A stretch of 64,000 bases of DNA from Felis catus (GCF_018350175.1 NC_058368.1:98024001-98088000); one strand, 5' to 3'; numbered from the stretch's first letter, positions 1 to 14,063 are shown. Notes: generated by a model not told the origin, from the letters alone. A program made the numbers and translations.

Positions 1-394
1 TTGCATTGTTATTGTGCTGTTCATTTTGTATGTTTATGATACTATTTCAGCAGAGTCTTTGATGTAATATGGATGCTTATTCTGTCTCCTTGAATCCAGA
101 ATTTTGGTTATTTAAAATGTCTTATTTATCTAAATGAGATGTCAATAATTCTTTTAAAAATTCAAGCAATAAACAATTGTACAGAACAAAATGTTAATAT
201 CTGCTTTTATCTCTTCCCCACTTTCCCTTTATTTCCTTCTCATCAGTTGAACTTTGCCATATATAACCCTCTTTTCCCACCCACTGCTTCTCATATTTAA
301 CCACTGTAAATAGTTTGGTAGAATAGTTTGGTAGATAGCTTCATGGACTTTTTTCAATGAGTTTTGAATCAAATATAATTATAAAGATTTGCTT

Positions 395-720
395 CATTTT
401 TTAATTTTTATTTTTTTATCTTTAAGAGTGTATTTTATTATCCATAACTTCAATAAAGCTGTCAGTATATTTGTGGTCTGACTTTTGATAAATGGATACA
501 CTAGCATAACCACCATCACAGTTAAGATGTAGAACATTAACATCACCCTTTCTTCATGCTGCTTTCCAGTCAGCCTCTCTCTTAGTTCCAGGCAACTGTT
601 GGCCTGCTTTCTGCTCCTGTAGTTTTGCCTGTTGTAGAATTTCATATAAATGGAATCATATAATATATACTCTTGTTTCTGGCTTCTCTGGTCTAACATA
701 ATCTTGAGGATTTATTTCCT
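395..720 (-). mobile_element. Ancient L1 (L1MB/MC-like) 3' UTR fragment
   Basis: Plus-strand motifs 'aaccaccatcacagttaagatgtagaacatt' and 'gtagaatttcatataaatggaatcata' are typical of antisense old-L1 3' ends; explains ORF 394..699. Confidence 0.7.
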
Positions 721-1049
721 TTTATAATTAATGAAATTATATTCCATATATTATTTATGTAGGTTGCTTTTTGGGAAGACTATTGAATAATATGTTTTAA
801 ATCTCTAGTCATAATTAAATACAAATTTCCTCCAATTACCTGATATACATTTGGATTTTATTCTTTCCCTCAAGATAGCTATATTGGATGTCATATGTCT
901 GGTATCAGTTAATTATTATCTGATAATCATTTTGTAATTTAGAATCTACTTACTTTTAATTAAATTATCCCACTTAAGCATTTTTCTCTTTTACAATGAA
1001 TTCTACAAAAATAGAATTCTAGGCCACTTAACATCAAAGCATTTCAACT

Positions 1050-1185
1050 TTTATTATCTTTGTTTTATAAAAGAAGAAACTGAAGCCCAGAAATACTGTG
1101 ATTTTCCAAGGTTACATGAATAATAAGCAGGCCTGGAGCAGAGCTGTTGGCTTTCCTGACTAGTGGTATAGTGCTCTTTTAAGCC
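1050..1185 (-). mobile_element. MIR SINE fragment
   Basis: 'gaagaaactgaagcccaga...ccaaggttaca' resembles the MIR core. Confidence 0.6.
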
Positions 1186-2499
1186 AGGTCATACTTTGTG
1201 GAGGGTTGGAAGTTCTATCTCCCTGCCAGGAGAAAAATTAAACTACTGATATATATGAAATATTCTTTAACCTTGAATAAAATAAATCTCATGTAAGTAA
1301 TAAGTGAGAAGAAATTGATGAGAAATATAACCAATAGCTCCAGGCATAGACACAGTTAAAATTTCTCAGCGCATAAGAAGCAAAGATAGCCTGGGCTATG
1401 TGTGTAAATGACAACTTGCCCATGCATCCCTCTTTCCTGTCAGCCCAGGTTGTTAAATAGTTAACTACTCCTTTTTCTAAACTTTATTGTGCTTTTGACT
1501 CTGTATTATCATTTGTTTACATGTCCATCTCCCTTCTTGGTATTTTACTATTTGATTATTTGGGGAACTTTGGGAACTTTGTGTTTTCATGCCTGACCCC
1601 CAGCCCCTGGGGCAGTACATGTCTTACTAAATGTTTCTTGAATGAATTGACACTTTCTGTTACAAATGCTAAGTTCATTAGGTTTGACTCCTCAGGGTAA
1701 CTAACTGCAGGCTGTGACAAATATTAAATTTTATGGGTAATTCTGAAGGGAGGAGATTCTAAGTAGTTCTTATGACAAGTATGAGATAGGACAGTGCAAA
1801 GCAAGCTTGGAAAGAAGGTCACTTTTTTCTTTTCTTTTCATATCTCTGAATTTGTGGGCTGAAGACACCACAGTTTTAGAACTTGTGCAGAGAATAAGCA
1901 CACATCTTATGAAAACATTCAACTGGGTTTTGGGGTAAGTATATTTTTAATATCTCTCTTACTAACTAGGACCCCTCACCTTTTGTTCATTTATTTTAAG
2001 GCATATGTCAGGTTCAGGGTCTTCAATGAACTGAAGTATTTAGCTAGAACTTAGCATTTTGCTTTCGCTCTTTTATTTATAATAACCTTCCATTTATGAT
2101 GAATAACAGTTTTACATCTATGGTCTCAACATAAATTTTCCTTTAATGGCAGGTTAATTTGTGTCTTCATGTGGGCCAAGTTAAAGAAATATAAGTAAAT
2201 GACAGCACAGGAGGGACATGTACTTGATAATAATTATGGCAGTGGTATGTGAATGGCTAAAATTTGAGACACATTGGGTTAGAGCTGGCTTCTGATTGTA
2301 GCAGCATATTCACAAAGACCAGATTTGTACAGCTGGAGCGTCCGAAACAGTAGGTGTGACTAACTCCTAAGTGTGTTATGGTGGAGAACCACTGGCTGAA
2401 GACGAAGAGAGAGACTTGTTGAGAGCCCTGTACAGCTTCAGGAAGACCAGGGCTGTGAGGCCCAGGCCCAGGTCTGAGTCCGGAAGGCCATTAACAGCA

Positions 2500-4240
2500 G
2501 GCTTTTTGAGAGTCAGCTTGCTCACGTCCCATCAACTCTTCCATGTACTCCGGTTGGGCTCCCACACGTCCCATGTTACTCTACCACTGTAGCTCATGTT
2601 CATATTCAGTTTTGACCTTCCCCAGAGGACATTTGTCAATACTTACCTTACCTGACATGTCATTAGCTTTCAGTGTGTATTATATCCTCACTGTTCCTTC
2701 AACTTGTTTGCCTTGGCTTCCATGATCCCATATTCTCCTCGTTGGTCTTTTAAGTCATATAATTTCAAGAAGGCAGCCAAAGAGATAGAGGCCAGCTTTG
2801 CAGGCTGATTCTTATCTGTCAAGTCACTAAATGTTGAGTTTCCTTAAAGCTGTTCATAGACTCTTTTTTTCCCCCTGGACCCTTGCCCTGGGTAGTCTAA
2901 TTCACATTCAAGGCTCATTTTTTTTTTTTTTTTTTTTAGCGTTTGTTCTTTTTTTTGAGAGACAGAGAGAGACAATGTAAGCGGGGGAAGGACAGAGAGA
3001 GAAGGAGACACAGATTCTGAAGCAGGATCCAGGCTCCGAGCTGTCAGCACAGAGCACGACACGGGGCTCAAACTCGCGGACCATGAGATCATGACTTGAG
3101 CTTAAGTCGGATGCTTAACCGACTGAGCCACCCAGGCACCCTGACAAGGCTCATTTCTCATCTGTGTGCAGAAGGCTTACAAATGAGCAGTTCTAGTCGG
3201 ACACCTTCCTAGACCCCAGACTCATGTCCCCAACTGTCCTCTTGACAGCTTTGCCTTACAGACACCTGCACGTCATGTCCAAATCAACCCTTGAGTTGTC
3301 TTCCTCCCTATTTCCTGACTTCTTCATCAAACCTAGTCCTCCTGTCCTTTTTTCTTTCTCATGAAATGTTATCATTCTTTACATTACCAAGGCCAGAAAC
3401 CTAGAGTTGCCTTAATAACATACTATTCCCCTTACATCTATGTTCATTTCATCCCTACGTTTTGTTAGTTTTACCACTTAAATATTTCCCACAGATATCT
3501 GTCTCTGGATCATTATTACTTCCATTGTCCTGTCTAAGCTATCATTTTCTTTCCTCAACCATTTCAGTGTCTTCTGTGGGACCCTCTCCTTACTTTTCTT
3601 CTCTCTGTGCTTCCCTTCCCCCATTCTGTTTTTCACACTGTAGTGAGAATATTTATTTCAAATATTATAATCCCATCCCCTTGCTTGGAAATCTTTTGAG
3701 AACTTCTCACTGTTCTTAGGATAAAGATCCAAATCCTTAAGGTAAACTTGAAGACCCTGCATGATCAGACCCTACTTCTTCACAATAAGGCCTGATCCCA
3801 CTCCTGCTCTCTGCCTGCTTGCTCACTAAACTGTGCAGATTCCTCTTCCTCAGTGGGTACTGTTCCTTCTGTGTCAGGTGCTTCATGTCTTTTCACCCCC
3901 ATCCTTCCACATTTGCCCACTTTTAACAAGTTCATGTGTGCACAAAAGGATCACTGCCTCAGAGAGACTTTACTTTCCTCCCTGACTGCAGCAGGCCCTC
4001 CTGCGACGAGCTAACATGCCACCATGTACCTTCCTTCCCTTTGTGGCGCTTAATCATGGTAATAATTTCACTTTTTTTGGTGCTTATTAGTTTAGGTCTA
4101 TCTCCTGTGCTAGACTGTACGTTCCACGAGAGGTACCGACACCATGTTCGCTGTTGTTCACCTGAGTCCTCACTTTTTAGGAAAATCCTCAGCATAGTAC
4201 TTAACAAATACATCTGGAATAAAGGAAGAACAAAGAAAAA
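2500..4240 (+). mobile_element. LINE-2 (L2) 3' region, interrupted by a Can-SINE
   Basis: Pyrimidine-rich L2 motifs ('ccagaaacctagag', 'cttaggataaagatccaaatcctt') ending in an L2-like tail 'cagcatagtacttaacaaatacatctggaataaagga'. Confidence 0.6.
2921..3144 (-). mobile_element. Can-SINE (SINEC_Fc-type)
   Basis: Poly(T), (GA)n, reverse-complement tRNA-like head 'gactgagccacccaggcaccc'; TSD caaggctcattt at 2909-2920 and 3145-3156. Confidence 0.95.
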
Positions 4241-6257
4241 CAGTGAAGTTGTGTGCTAGAAAAAGGGGGAGAGTAGTGGTTATGAGCGAGTAAAGGACGA
4301 ATGATCTTTATCTTCTGCATTGTTTAGCTCTGGTTCCTCTTGGTGACAATGTCTGCCCTCTCTGTCTACTGAATTGGAACTGGAGATATTAGAGAGAGTG
4401 AGATTAAGAGTGTGCAAAAGTATTGCTTCTTTGAATATTTCTGATCCCTGTTTTGTATATCTCTTCATGAGCTAGGTTTTAGTGTGATAGTATACTTACA
4501 GGGAATGATTAATTGTGGGAATTGAAATATAAAAGCTTTGCTTGATAAAAAATATTTTCATTGGTTGAGAAAATTTTCCTAAGGTGGGATTTCTAGGTTG
4601 TCCATTTCTACATTCACTTGAATAGTTTTCGATGGTATCAACTAGATCTTTTGTAAAGTACTTGCCAAAAAGTGAAACTCTGTTCATTTAAAAATCATCC
4701 ATTTGTGTGCAGGGAAAATTGCCTGTCATGGCTTGAAAGGATTATTTATGGTTTCTAAACATTCATCTTTTCCAGCTTGACTCATATATTGCCTTTACAG
4801 AATGGAAATTTAATTCCATTAGAATGTCCTATTGTCCAATATATACCCCTTGTTACAACATGATTACATTCAATTGCTCCGCTTGCCATATTAGAAAATG
4901 ACAAACTGTATCAACTAGTTTTTAACTTTTTCCTCCAATATGTACTGGTGATGGTGACTAATGCTGTTGATGATTACCTCAAGAGATAATCACTAGGAAC
5001 AACAATGTTTTGCATTGACCCAAGAAAAAATAGTTCATGGTAGTACAGAAAAGAGTAATAATGGAAAATGATTATATAATATACTCTCCAAGGATAAAGG
5101 CTTGCAAAATGGAAAAAAGAAGGGTAGAGTTTAACTGACATCTCTTTGTATTTGAATCTTAGAAATAGTTTCTTTGGCTTATGTTGAATTTTATTAAGTT
5201 TGATGTTAAACATGTATGACATAAATAGAACATTGTATGAATATGATTTTTTTTTTTTTTTTTTTGTGACCAAAAGTTCAAAATTCCTTAATTCTTGATG
5301 TATGTTTCTGTATTAACATGATGCTGGTTGGGGGCGAGGGACAGACTGAAATGTGACAAAATGGTCTCAGCAGTGCCTCATACCTGAGAAATTGTGATAC
5401 AGAGATGTATCCATTCTGAAGGGTACCTGTCAAATTTCAGAAATTGGCTCTGTCATACTATTTGGCCAAATGCTTGCTTCCTAAGAGAGACGCCATCTGC
5501 TTTAGGCATTACTCACACTGAGGGGTACATGAACAGTAATTAAGAGGAAATACAGCATAGGTTGTTAACAAAAAAAAAGCTTTGGAAGAATTTGATGCTG
5601 TGCATGAACATATAATTAGGAAGGACACTCAGATGCAAAAGTTTGAAGGGAAATGCGTACATTAGGTATTCAAATCCGAATTTATTTTTAAAGGCCAATT
5701 TGTATTTTTTTAGGCAAGACCAGTTTGTAGAATTTTAAACATCTATGTCTTCTTTCTCTTTGTCCTCTTCCATGATTTTAGTAATGTTGCTGTGCTTTTT
5801 GACCATGACCTTTGCATTAGAATCTGTGTGGTTCCCTTTAGCTACTTTGCAGGAGCAGGTGCCTTTTGGGGTGGGGTGGAAGGGTTTGTACCCTCAGCCG
5901 CTACACTGACAAGGGGCTTGTACAGGTCATTGACTTTACCAGCAGTGAGGTGACTGATTCAGACTGCTTTGATCTTGTCTTTCCATTGTATTTTGAACAC
6001 TATGCCATGGAACTAATGTATCTTGCCTTCAGTTTCTGTTGGTAGCTTCAAGCAAAAGAATCTTCTCCATTAGGGAAGAAGTTTTATTTTCAGGTGGAAG
6101 ATACAACAATGGCAAAGTGTTGGAATTATTGTAAAACTTGAGAAACAGTGGCATGTTTTATTAAGATGCCATGATAACTCTCAGCACATTTTGACAGTTA
6201 TTCTTGAAATTTAATGACAATGGAGATAAGTCATGATCAAAAGATTAAAAAAAAATC

Positions 6258-6480
6258 TTATTTATTTATTTTGAGAGAGAAAGAGAGAGAGAGCGAGAGT
6301 GAGTGAGTGAGAATGGGCAAGGGAGGTGCAGAGAGAGGGAGAGAGAAAGAATCCCAAGCACGCTCGGCGGGTGAAAGCATGGAGCCTGACGTGGGGATTG
6401 AATACATGAACCGGGAGATCATGACCTAAGCCAAAATCAAGAGTCATGTGCTTCATTGACTGAGCCACCCAGGTGCCCCA
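6258..6480 (-). mobile_element. Can-SINE (older subfamily)
   Basis: Head 'gactgagccacccaggtgcccc', (GA)n; TSD tgatcaaaagatt on both flanks. Confidence 0.92.
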
Positions 6481-7424
6481 GTGATCAAAAGATTTTAAAA
6501 ACACTGTTGTGTGGACTGCAGAAGAAGTTATCAGGGTCTATGTAAATACTTAGGAGACTTACTTTTGCACTAAAATGGCAGTTATTGTAATGTTTGATTA
6601 TTACTTGTCTTTTCAACTAAAACATAATAGCTATTGGTATTCCTGATGGTGTAGTTTTGCTTTTGAATAGAGTATATGTATTATGGAAAAACAGTTTATA
6701 ATTTTAGCTTTTTGATGGAGTGGACTAATTCAGGGAAATGAATCACACGTTTTTCTTTGGTCATATTTTTTCCTGAGAACCAATGTGCAAAGTCAGTGAG
6801 GGTAGAAGCCATGACTCTTTTGTTCATCTGTGGCTCTCCATAGCCTGTGACTTACAGTGTCCTCAGCAAACACTTGTCTGGATGGTAGAGTGAGTAACAA
6901 AGGGAGACTTCTGATTAGTATTATTTAGTAGATGGCAGGTGTAATGAAGACAATTATTGAGTACCTGCTGAATGCTCAGTATCATTTAATGTGCTATGCA
7001 GGTATAAAATACAGGGTTCTGCTGATCATTTTAGACCACGGAGGAGAAAACTAAGGCACAGTAACAGAATACACCTTATCCACAATGGTTAAACTGAAGA
7101 AAAAGTCATTCCCCTTGATATCAAGTACAGACTGATGATCATCAAGGTGATTTTTGTGTAAGAAGTTTGCTTTGTGAAATAGATGTATTTATGAAGAGTT
7201 ATGTTAGTTAATAATATATGTTCATGATGAAGGGCAAATTACTGTATAATACAGTTCTTATTGAAGAATTACTTATAAAACTGGTGATGATGATTTATTC
7301 TCTACGTAAGTAAATGATTATTTCATCTTTCAGAAAAGCATAAAATGTAGAATACTAGTACAAAAGACACACAAGTGTTACTTAGATAAAACTAAAGATT
7401 TCTTTTATGTTGCCATGGAATGCA

Positions 7425-7624
7425 TTTTTTTTTAAGGTTTATTTATTTAGTTTGATAGAGACAGAGACAGTATGAGTGGGGAAGGGGCAGACAGAGAGGA
7501 GAGAAAATCCCAAGCAGGCTCCACACAGTCAGCGCAGAGCCCCACACGGGACTCAAACCTACAAAACTGTGAGATCATGACCCGAGCTGAAACCAAGAGT
7601 TGGACGTTTAACCGACTGAGCCCC
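7425..7624 (-). mobile_element. Can-SINE, extreme 5' end missing
   Basis: 'gagatcatgacccgagctgaaaccaagagttggacgtttaaccgactgag' plus T-rich tail. Confidence 0.92.
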
Positions 7625-8849
7625 ATTATGGAATTTTTATAGAGTGCTATCGAGATAATCAAGTGCTTTACAAGTAGAATTCAAATTTTATCACATGAAG
7701 CAAACCAGACAAAAATCACCTTAATTTCGTCAGTCTGCTGTAAGGTGGTTTATTTGTTTTTACCATGAGCATCTTGAACTAAAGTCAGCTTGGGTCCACC
7801 CATCCATATATGAAATATATATACAAAATATTCTGTACTGTATTTGATATATTTATATGTATATATAGAGCCTCTGTCTCTCTTGTCTCTTTATCTGTGT
7901 AACTCTACTTATATATCTATATCTATATATAAAATTTCCTAGAGAGATTCCCGAACTTAGATTCCTGAACTTATAACTTTGCTGTGAGAATTTTTCAAGA
8001 AAGACTGAACCAATAATGAGAACTATGCTTAATTCATTATTGATGAAAGAATAAGAATATGTGAAGACTTTTAGTAGAAGATTGGTGTTTCTCCTGTCTC
8101 TGGTTTTGGTTCGGTCTGTCCATCCATGCACATAAGGAAATAGTTTTGACCACTTCCTGATAGGTTACTTGGCAGATGTTTAATGAATACTCATGGAAAC
8201 CATCAAATATCCACCTTGCAAATACCGAGGATTCTTTTGTGTATCATACTCTGCTTTACCTGTAGGACATATGCTGTGATGCCTACACCTAGCTTTTGGG
8301 CCCTTATTACTTAAATGAGTATTTATAGAGTTGTAAAAAGAGTTCTTGCTACATTGTAAATGTTTAATAAATACTATTAAATTAACCAATAAGTAAAAGT
8401 AATACTTTAGAAAAGATAGAGTACTTATGATATAGTAGGGTTGGGGAGCAGTTAGAAAATTCATTGGTGTTTCACTTGAAAGGCACTAGGAAGCAACCTA
8501 TTAGTAGGTGTGAATCAAGATCATAGGATATAAGCTAAAGAGGTGACTATCATGAATCATGATGAGACCGGGATATTACCCTACCTTCAAACCGAAAGTT
8601 AGTCACAATTTCATGGATGCTGATGAAAGGTCTTCTGGGTTCAGTCTTCTTGTTTAGAGAATTTGTAGTGTGCTTGAACAGTTCTTTTGACTCTTTTCCA
8701 ATGAAGATGCAGATTCAAAGCCATTGAAAGATTTGGTTCAGCCACATTAAGCCTGAAGCATAGCATGAACTCCTGGCAACATTTGTAGCAATGTTTTACA
8801 GCCTTCTCTCATGGTTGGGTGGACGTGAAGGTTAGAGATCCAGCACCCC

Positions 8850-8896
<47 letters not shown>

Positions 8897-10799
8897 TGGT
8901 GGGTTTAAAAAATTCCTCTTCATAGGGATCCTAGCATGTATTGCTGACTTCAAGATTTGGCTCTTGAAGTCAAGATTTGGCTCTTGATTTGACTCTTGCT
9001 TATCATTTTGGTTTTGACTCCATTTCAAGTTGATAGATCTATACTATATTTAAATCCATGTTGTTTCTCTTTATATTTTACCATCATTCTCTCTCTCTTT
9101 GGGGTAGAAAGAGTTAATAAAGTGTGATGTCATTGCATCGTCTTGACCAATGTACCCTTTAGGGTGATTTTAGGGCTGTAATTTTAGGCCAGTATCATCT
9201 TCTCTGATATCATTTTATAATACACATCAGTTCTTTCTAATGGGCGGTCATGGTCTTTGTACATTGTAACTGTTGTTGGATCAGCTGAGGAGTCCTAGTG
9301 GTAGGAAAGTGTGCTAAGGTAGTCATTTTGATGTTAACATCTGGCTGTAGTGGATTAAGCATGCATGTGCTTTAAAAAGTTATCTCAAGAAAAAATATAT
9401 TATTACTACATTTCCTCCCACAATTGGAAAGTTGAGCTTTTTAAAAATTTTTATCACTTCAAAATGGAGCATCAACCATATATATTAGATTAAATGTTAG
9501 GTTACAGAGTTAGAACAATTCTTCTTCGGAAATTATCTAGAAAACAGATGGTTGTTAGTCCTACCCTGTGGCCAGAGAAGGGATGAGGTCATCTTTTGAA
9601 GTGTCTCCCTGTCTTAATATGTTAGGTTTGAGATGAAGACAGAATCAGAAGAGATGCTGCTTTCTTCATTCAGTTATTCCTTTACAAGTGGGTCTTTACC
9701 AATTAAAGTTAAGCACCTAGCATAGGTCACAGCTCAACAGTGAATGACAAGTTCAGTTTAAGACAATTTTGTCATCATTTTGAAAAAGTTGGGTCTACAT
9801 CAATTATGCTTAACGCACCAATGGCATTAGTCTATCTCTTTATTCTGGAATTTATTCTATTATTTTATCTAATTTTCAAAGTTCCTGTTTGTTGAATTTC
9901 ATTTTTTAAAAAAATAAACATTTAGTACAGCTTTAACTAGTATGTTGGTGACCTGTACTTGGTTTTATGATTATAGTGACATGTTTAACTACACATGGCG
10001 TATTCACATCTTCTATTTTTGAAGTAGACATAAGTCATTTACCACAGATTCCTTATTGCCTCAAAGAGACATTCTTAGCAACAATGTTGTCAAGGAAACA
10101 CACAGAAACTGTTACATAAAAGAATGTCTCTTTGAGGAAAATCTTTCAAAATGATATTTCTGTGTTTTCCCAGATTGTGTGAAATTATAATTTACAAGCA
10201 ATTCAATTTAAGCAAATAAATTATAAGCAGTCGATGTAATGGTATAGTTCTGGAAATATCTGGTAAATGCAGACATTTTTGAATTTGACGTTTAAATAAT
10301 TAGATATCACTAATACAGTGCCAAGGCCTAATCAGGAAGATATTTAAAAAATGATATGATGTCTTGAATAAGACATATTAAACATATTAAATGTCAGAAA
10401 TCTATAATATAGAAATGACATAAGTTCTTAGAAGAATTCCTAGATAATAATGTTCTGTATTTCCATGTTGGTAGAGCATCTGAGGGAGAGAAGAAAAGGC
10501 GATGAATGCCCTTGAAGGTATAAATTTCAATGACCGTAGGAACTTAATAGGAAGTACCATTAAATAGCAGGTATATATTATTAACATGTTCAAGCAACCA
10601 TGTTAGAAAATAATAGCTGCAGACTAGAATAGTCACAGACTTCTATCCTTAGCTCTTGCTTGCTGTCTTTTTGAAATGTATCTTTTAGAATTTAAGACTG
10701 TAACCTTAAGTGAAGAACTCAGAGGAAGATATCCTAGATTATATATATCACATATGTTTTGCTAAAAAGTATGTATTGATCTGCATTATGTACTAGAAT

Positions 10800-10955
10800 A
10801 CTTGAATTTGAGGGTACTGAAGAAGATCCTTCAACAGATGAGGAAATGTTCCAAGAAAGGCTAAGAAACTTGCCTAAAGTTACTTAGGAACAAAGCCAGA
10901 AATAGAACCTAGCTTCCTGATTCTTAGTTCAGTGCTATTTCCATGATATTGTTGG
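10800..10955 (-). mobile_element. MIR/MIR3 fragment
   Basis: 'acagatgaggaaa...acttgcctaaagttac...agaacctagcttcctgattcttagttcagtgct'. Confidence 0.75.
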
Positions 10956-11449
10956 CTTAAGGAACTTGGGTTACCACTTTTGTCTGATTTTTTTCCCAGC
11001 CATTAGCACCACTGATATTCAACTGAAATGTCAATTCCACATAGCATTTTGGATGTTATTTAAGTCACTCCTTGTGGGATGAAAGGAAAAAAAAATGTAA
11101 GAAGTAAAAAAAGATTGTTTTTTTTTTTTTTTAAGAAATGTATAGGAATTCTCAGTAGGCCTTTACATCAGGAAGTAGAAGGCTTTCAAGTATAATGGAA
11201 GTATAATAGTCCAAATAGATTTTTATAGTCAAAATTGTGAAAAGGATAAGCTTTGGCTGGAGGCAAAGTGAAAATAAGATAATATTCTTAAGTGACGTGA
11301 CTTGTCTCTGAGAATGTCAGCATCTTGACTGGTGATGTCAAGCCTCACATGGTGAATATCTATGACTGATTGAAGAGTACTTAACACTGTCACCTTTTTC
11401 AAGATAGTGAAGAAATTGCTTATCAATGGTCAGTTTTGGTTAATAATCT

Positions 11450-12580
11450 TATGCACTTAAAAAAACTGTGTGTTATTTTTTTCTCTATTTTTACAGTTTT
11501 TTTAAACTGATTTTGGTTATCAGCAAATTTACTAGTATGTGCCCACATGTAATGTTCTTTTGTAATTGTCCCACTTAGTGTTCAGAATGTTTTTGACTTA
11601 GTGACTTAATATGTTTTCATCAGTTTTGACACGTCTCAGCCAATATCTCTTCCAATATTCAAATATTGTTTCTACTTCATTTTATCTTTCTCCTCTGGGC
11701 CTCTAGATACACTGTGTAATTAATCTGTCCACCATATGCCATTCATTAATTACATCTTTGTTTCTGTATTTTCCATTTAAAAAAAATTTCTGGACTCTAC
11801 CTTGAGTATATTGTTCTTACCTTTATTGGAGGTCACTGATGCTCTCAGTAGCCATAGTTGGTACTGGTGCAACTGGTATACTGATATTAAAATTTCCATT
11901 TGGTTTATTTTTGTTATGCTTCAGTTATTTGCTATATTCTCTTTACTTGATTATATTAGACATATTTATCTTAACGCTTTTGTCTCAGGATCCCCTGAGT
12001 AATTATTTCCATACTATATGTGGAATATAATTTTAGCATTATGATAATGTTATCTTTTACTAAAGAGAATCCTTACTTGTTTCTGGCAGGTGGTTAGGGA
12101 CAGTAGCAATTCCAGGTCACTTGAATACAATCAGGGGTCAAAATAATTCAACACTGGGCTTCAGTCCTTATGAAATTGCTTTATTTCTAATTATTTCTAG
12201 AGTGTCAAACTTAACAGTCCCAGCCCAAAGTCTGGATGGCTTCCCGGATCACCCTTGCCCTCTCTACTCTTTGTTGATTCTTGATTTTCAGTTTTTGTTC
12301 TTTTAGCCTTGTGAATGTACTGAAAGTTCTGCTAGGAACCTTGGGTTTTTCTATTAAAATGGACGTATGTGTTTAGGACACAGCAGTCCTCAAAGTCCAC
12401 GTCCTCAGTCTGGGTTTCCTTCTTATCCTAGATCTTGTCCTCCTCAGTCTTCCCTGCCTTAGGAGTTCTTTGATGCTGTTAAAAGATTTTGTTTTATTTT
12501 GTCCAAAGTTTCTCTTTTCTTTCAGGAAGAAAACTGGTTCAAATTACCTAGTCTTCTGTTACTAGAAGTGAACTTCCCAG
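11450..12580 (-). mobile_element. Ancient L1M (ORF1/5' region) fragment
   Basis: T-rich antisense L1 ORF1-like motifs ('cagccaatatctcttccaatatt', 'tctcctctgggctct') ending in an L1M-like 5' terminus 'ttactagaagtgaacttcc'. Confidence 0.5.
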
Positions 12581-12980
12581 ATTTTATCTTTGAAATTTGC
12601 CCCATTTTTATGTACTTGTGAAGTTCTCAATTTTTTAATATCAAGACTTCTAGGGAACGTAGCTACTGTGCATATCTTTTTTTTTTTCCTTTTTGCTAGC
12701 AACACTGAGCTACAACACAGCAAAAAAAGTTTTTAACAGTAATTTTCATGTTTCTTTCAAGATTTGCAGGTAGAAATTCAGTAGAATCTCTTAGGGGTAT
12801 GGAAGATATAGTATACTTTGTCTTTTCCCTGATTCATTTAATAGCAGAATTGTTTCAGGTGCCATTTCATGTGTTTCATCCAGAAATTCAAGTAATATCA
12901 TTCGTATTTCCTTATTAAATATTTGTATTATGGTAGTACATAATTGATAATTATAGAGTTTGTCTTTTGCTAACATACTG

Positions 12981-12998
12981 ATTTTTTTCTAAGTTCAT

Positions 12999-13029
<31 letters not shown>

Positions 13030-13439
13030 TTTTTTTAACATTTATTTATTTTTGAGACAGAGAGAGACAGAGCATGAACGGGGGAGGGGCAGAGAGAGAA
13101 GGAGACACAGAATCGGAAGCAGGCTCCAGGCTCTGAGCCATCAGCCCAGAGCCTGACGCGGGGCTCGAACTCACAGACTGCGAGATCGTGACCTGGCTGA
13201 AGTCGGAGGCTTAACCGACTGCGCCACCCAGGCGCCCCCATTTATTTATTTTGAGAGAGTAAGAGAGCAAGCACGTGCACACACAGGAGTAAGAAGGGGC
13301 AGAGAGAGAGAGGGAGAGGGAGAGAATTCCAAGCAGGCTGTGTGCTGTCAGGGCTCATACAGGGCTCAATCTCCCAAACCCGTGAGATCATGACCAAAGC
13401 CTAATTCGAGAGACGGATGCTCAACCAACTGAGCCACCC
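12981..13439 (-). mobile_element. Older Can-SINE with a second SINE inside its A-rich tail
   Basis: Outer TSD tgctaacatactg at 12968-12980 and 13440-13452; body about 13250-13439. Confidence 0.88.
13010..13238 (-). mobile_element. Young felid SINEC_Fc
   Basis: CpG-rich head 'ccgactgcgccacccaggcgcccc', (TTTA)n tail, TSD catttatttattt. Confidence 0.95.
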
Positions 13440-13989
13440 TGCTAACATACTGTTGAACATTGTATAAGGTTAACTAGAAGCCTCTTAAGACTCAACTTTT
13501 ACATAATTAAAATGTCTCATTTCTAGTTTTCAGATTACAAATGAAAGGGAAAACTATCTGCTATTATAAATAATTTGTTATTGTTTAGGAGCATTACATA
13601 TACATACATAGGTATGTATATTTTTTTATACTTTAGATTCACAAAATTGAATTACTCAGATTCCTGGGTTCATGACACACTTTTATTATGGACTTATATG
13701 GTCCTCATAATTAAGTTAGTTATTTATAGTAAATTAACATCCATAAAGTCACTATTTGACCTGAAAAATAAAACATTAACATCTCTATATTTGTTACTTT
13801 CCAATCCTTTATTTCTCTCTTGATTCTCGAAAGTAACTACTTTCCTGAATGTGTGTTTACCCCGTATGCCTACACAATGTACTGCTTAATTCTAACTGTT
13901 TTAAAATTTTTTTCTAGAGCCTTGACTCTTGAAAGTATACTGTGCATTTTCCTCTGGGATTCATTTCACTCAATATTTTTCTATTATTC

Positions 13990-14017
13990 TTTTCTAAAAA
14001 TTTTTTCTAATGTTTAC

Positions 14018-14063
<46 letters not shown>

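Noticed and set aside
309..334. 13-bp tandem duplication aatagtttggtag (similar small duplication near 45988-46021)
   Set aside because: Ordinary slippage-scale indels with no further structure.
1865..1940. Possible exon ending in GGG|gtaagt
   Set aside because: Good donor but no convincing acceptor or recognisable peptide.
8700..8850. Frame-switched TNVA.GVHA motif resembling Mutator-like transposases
   Set aside because: Needs arbitrary frameshifts and lacks the catalytic Glu; too weak to call.
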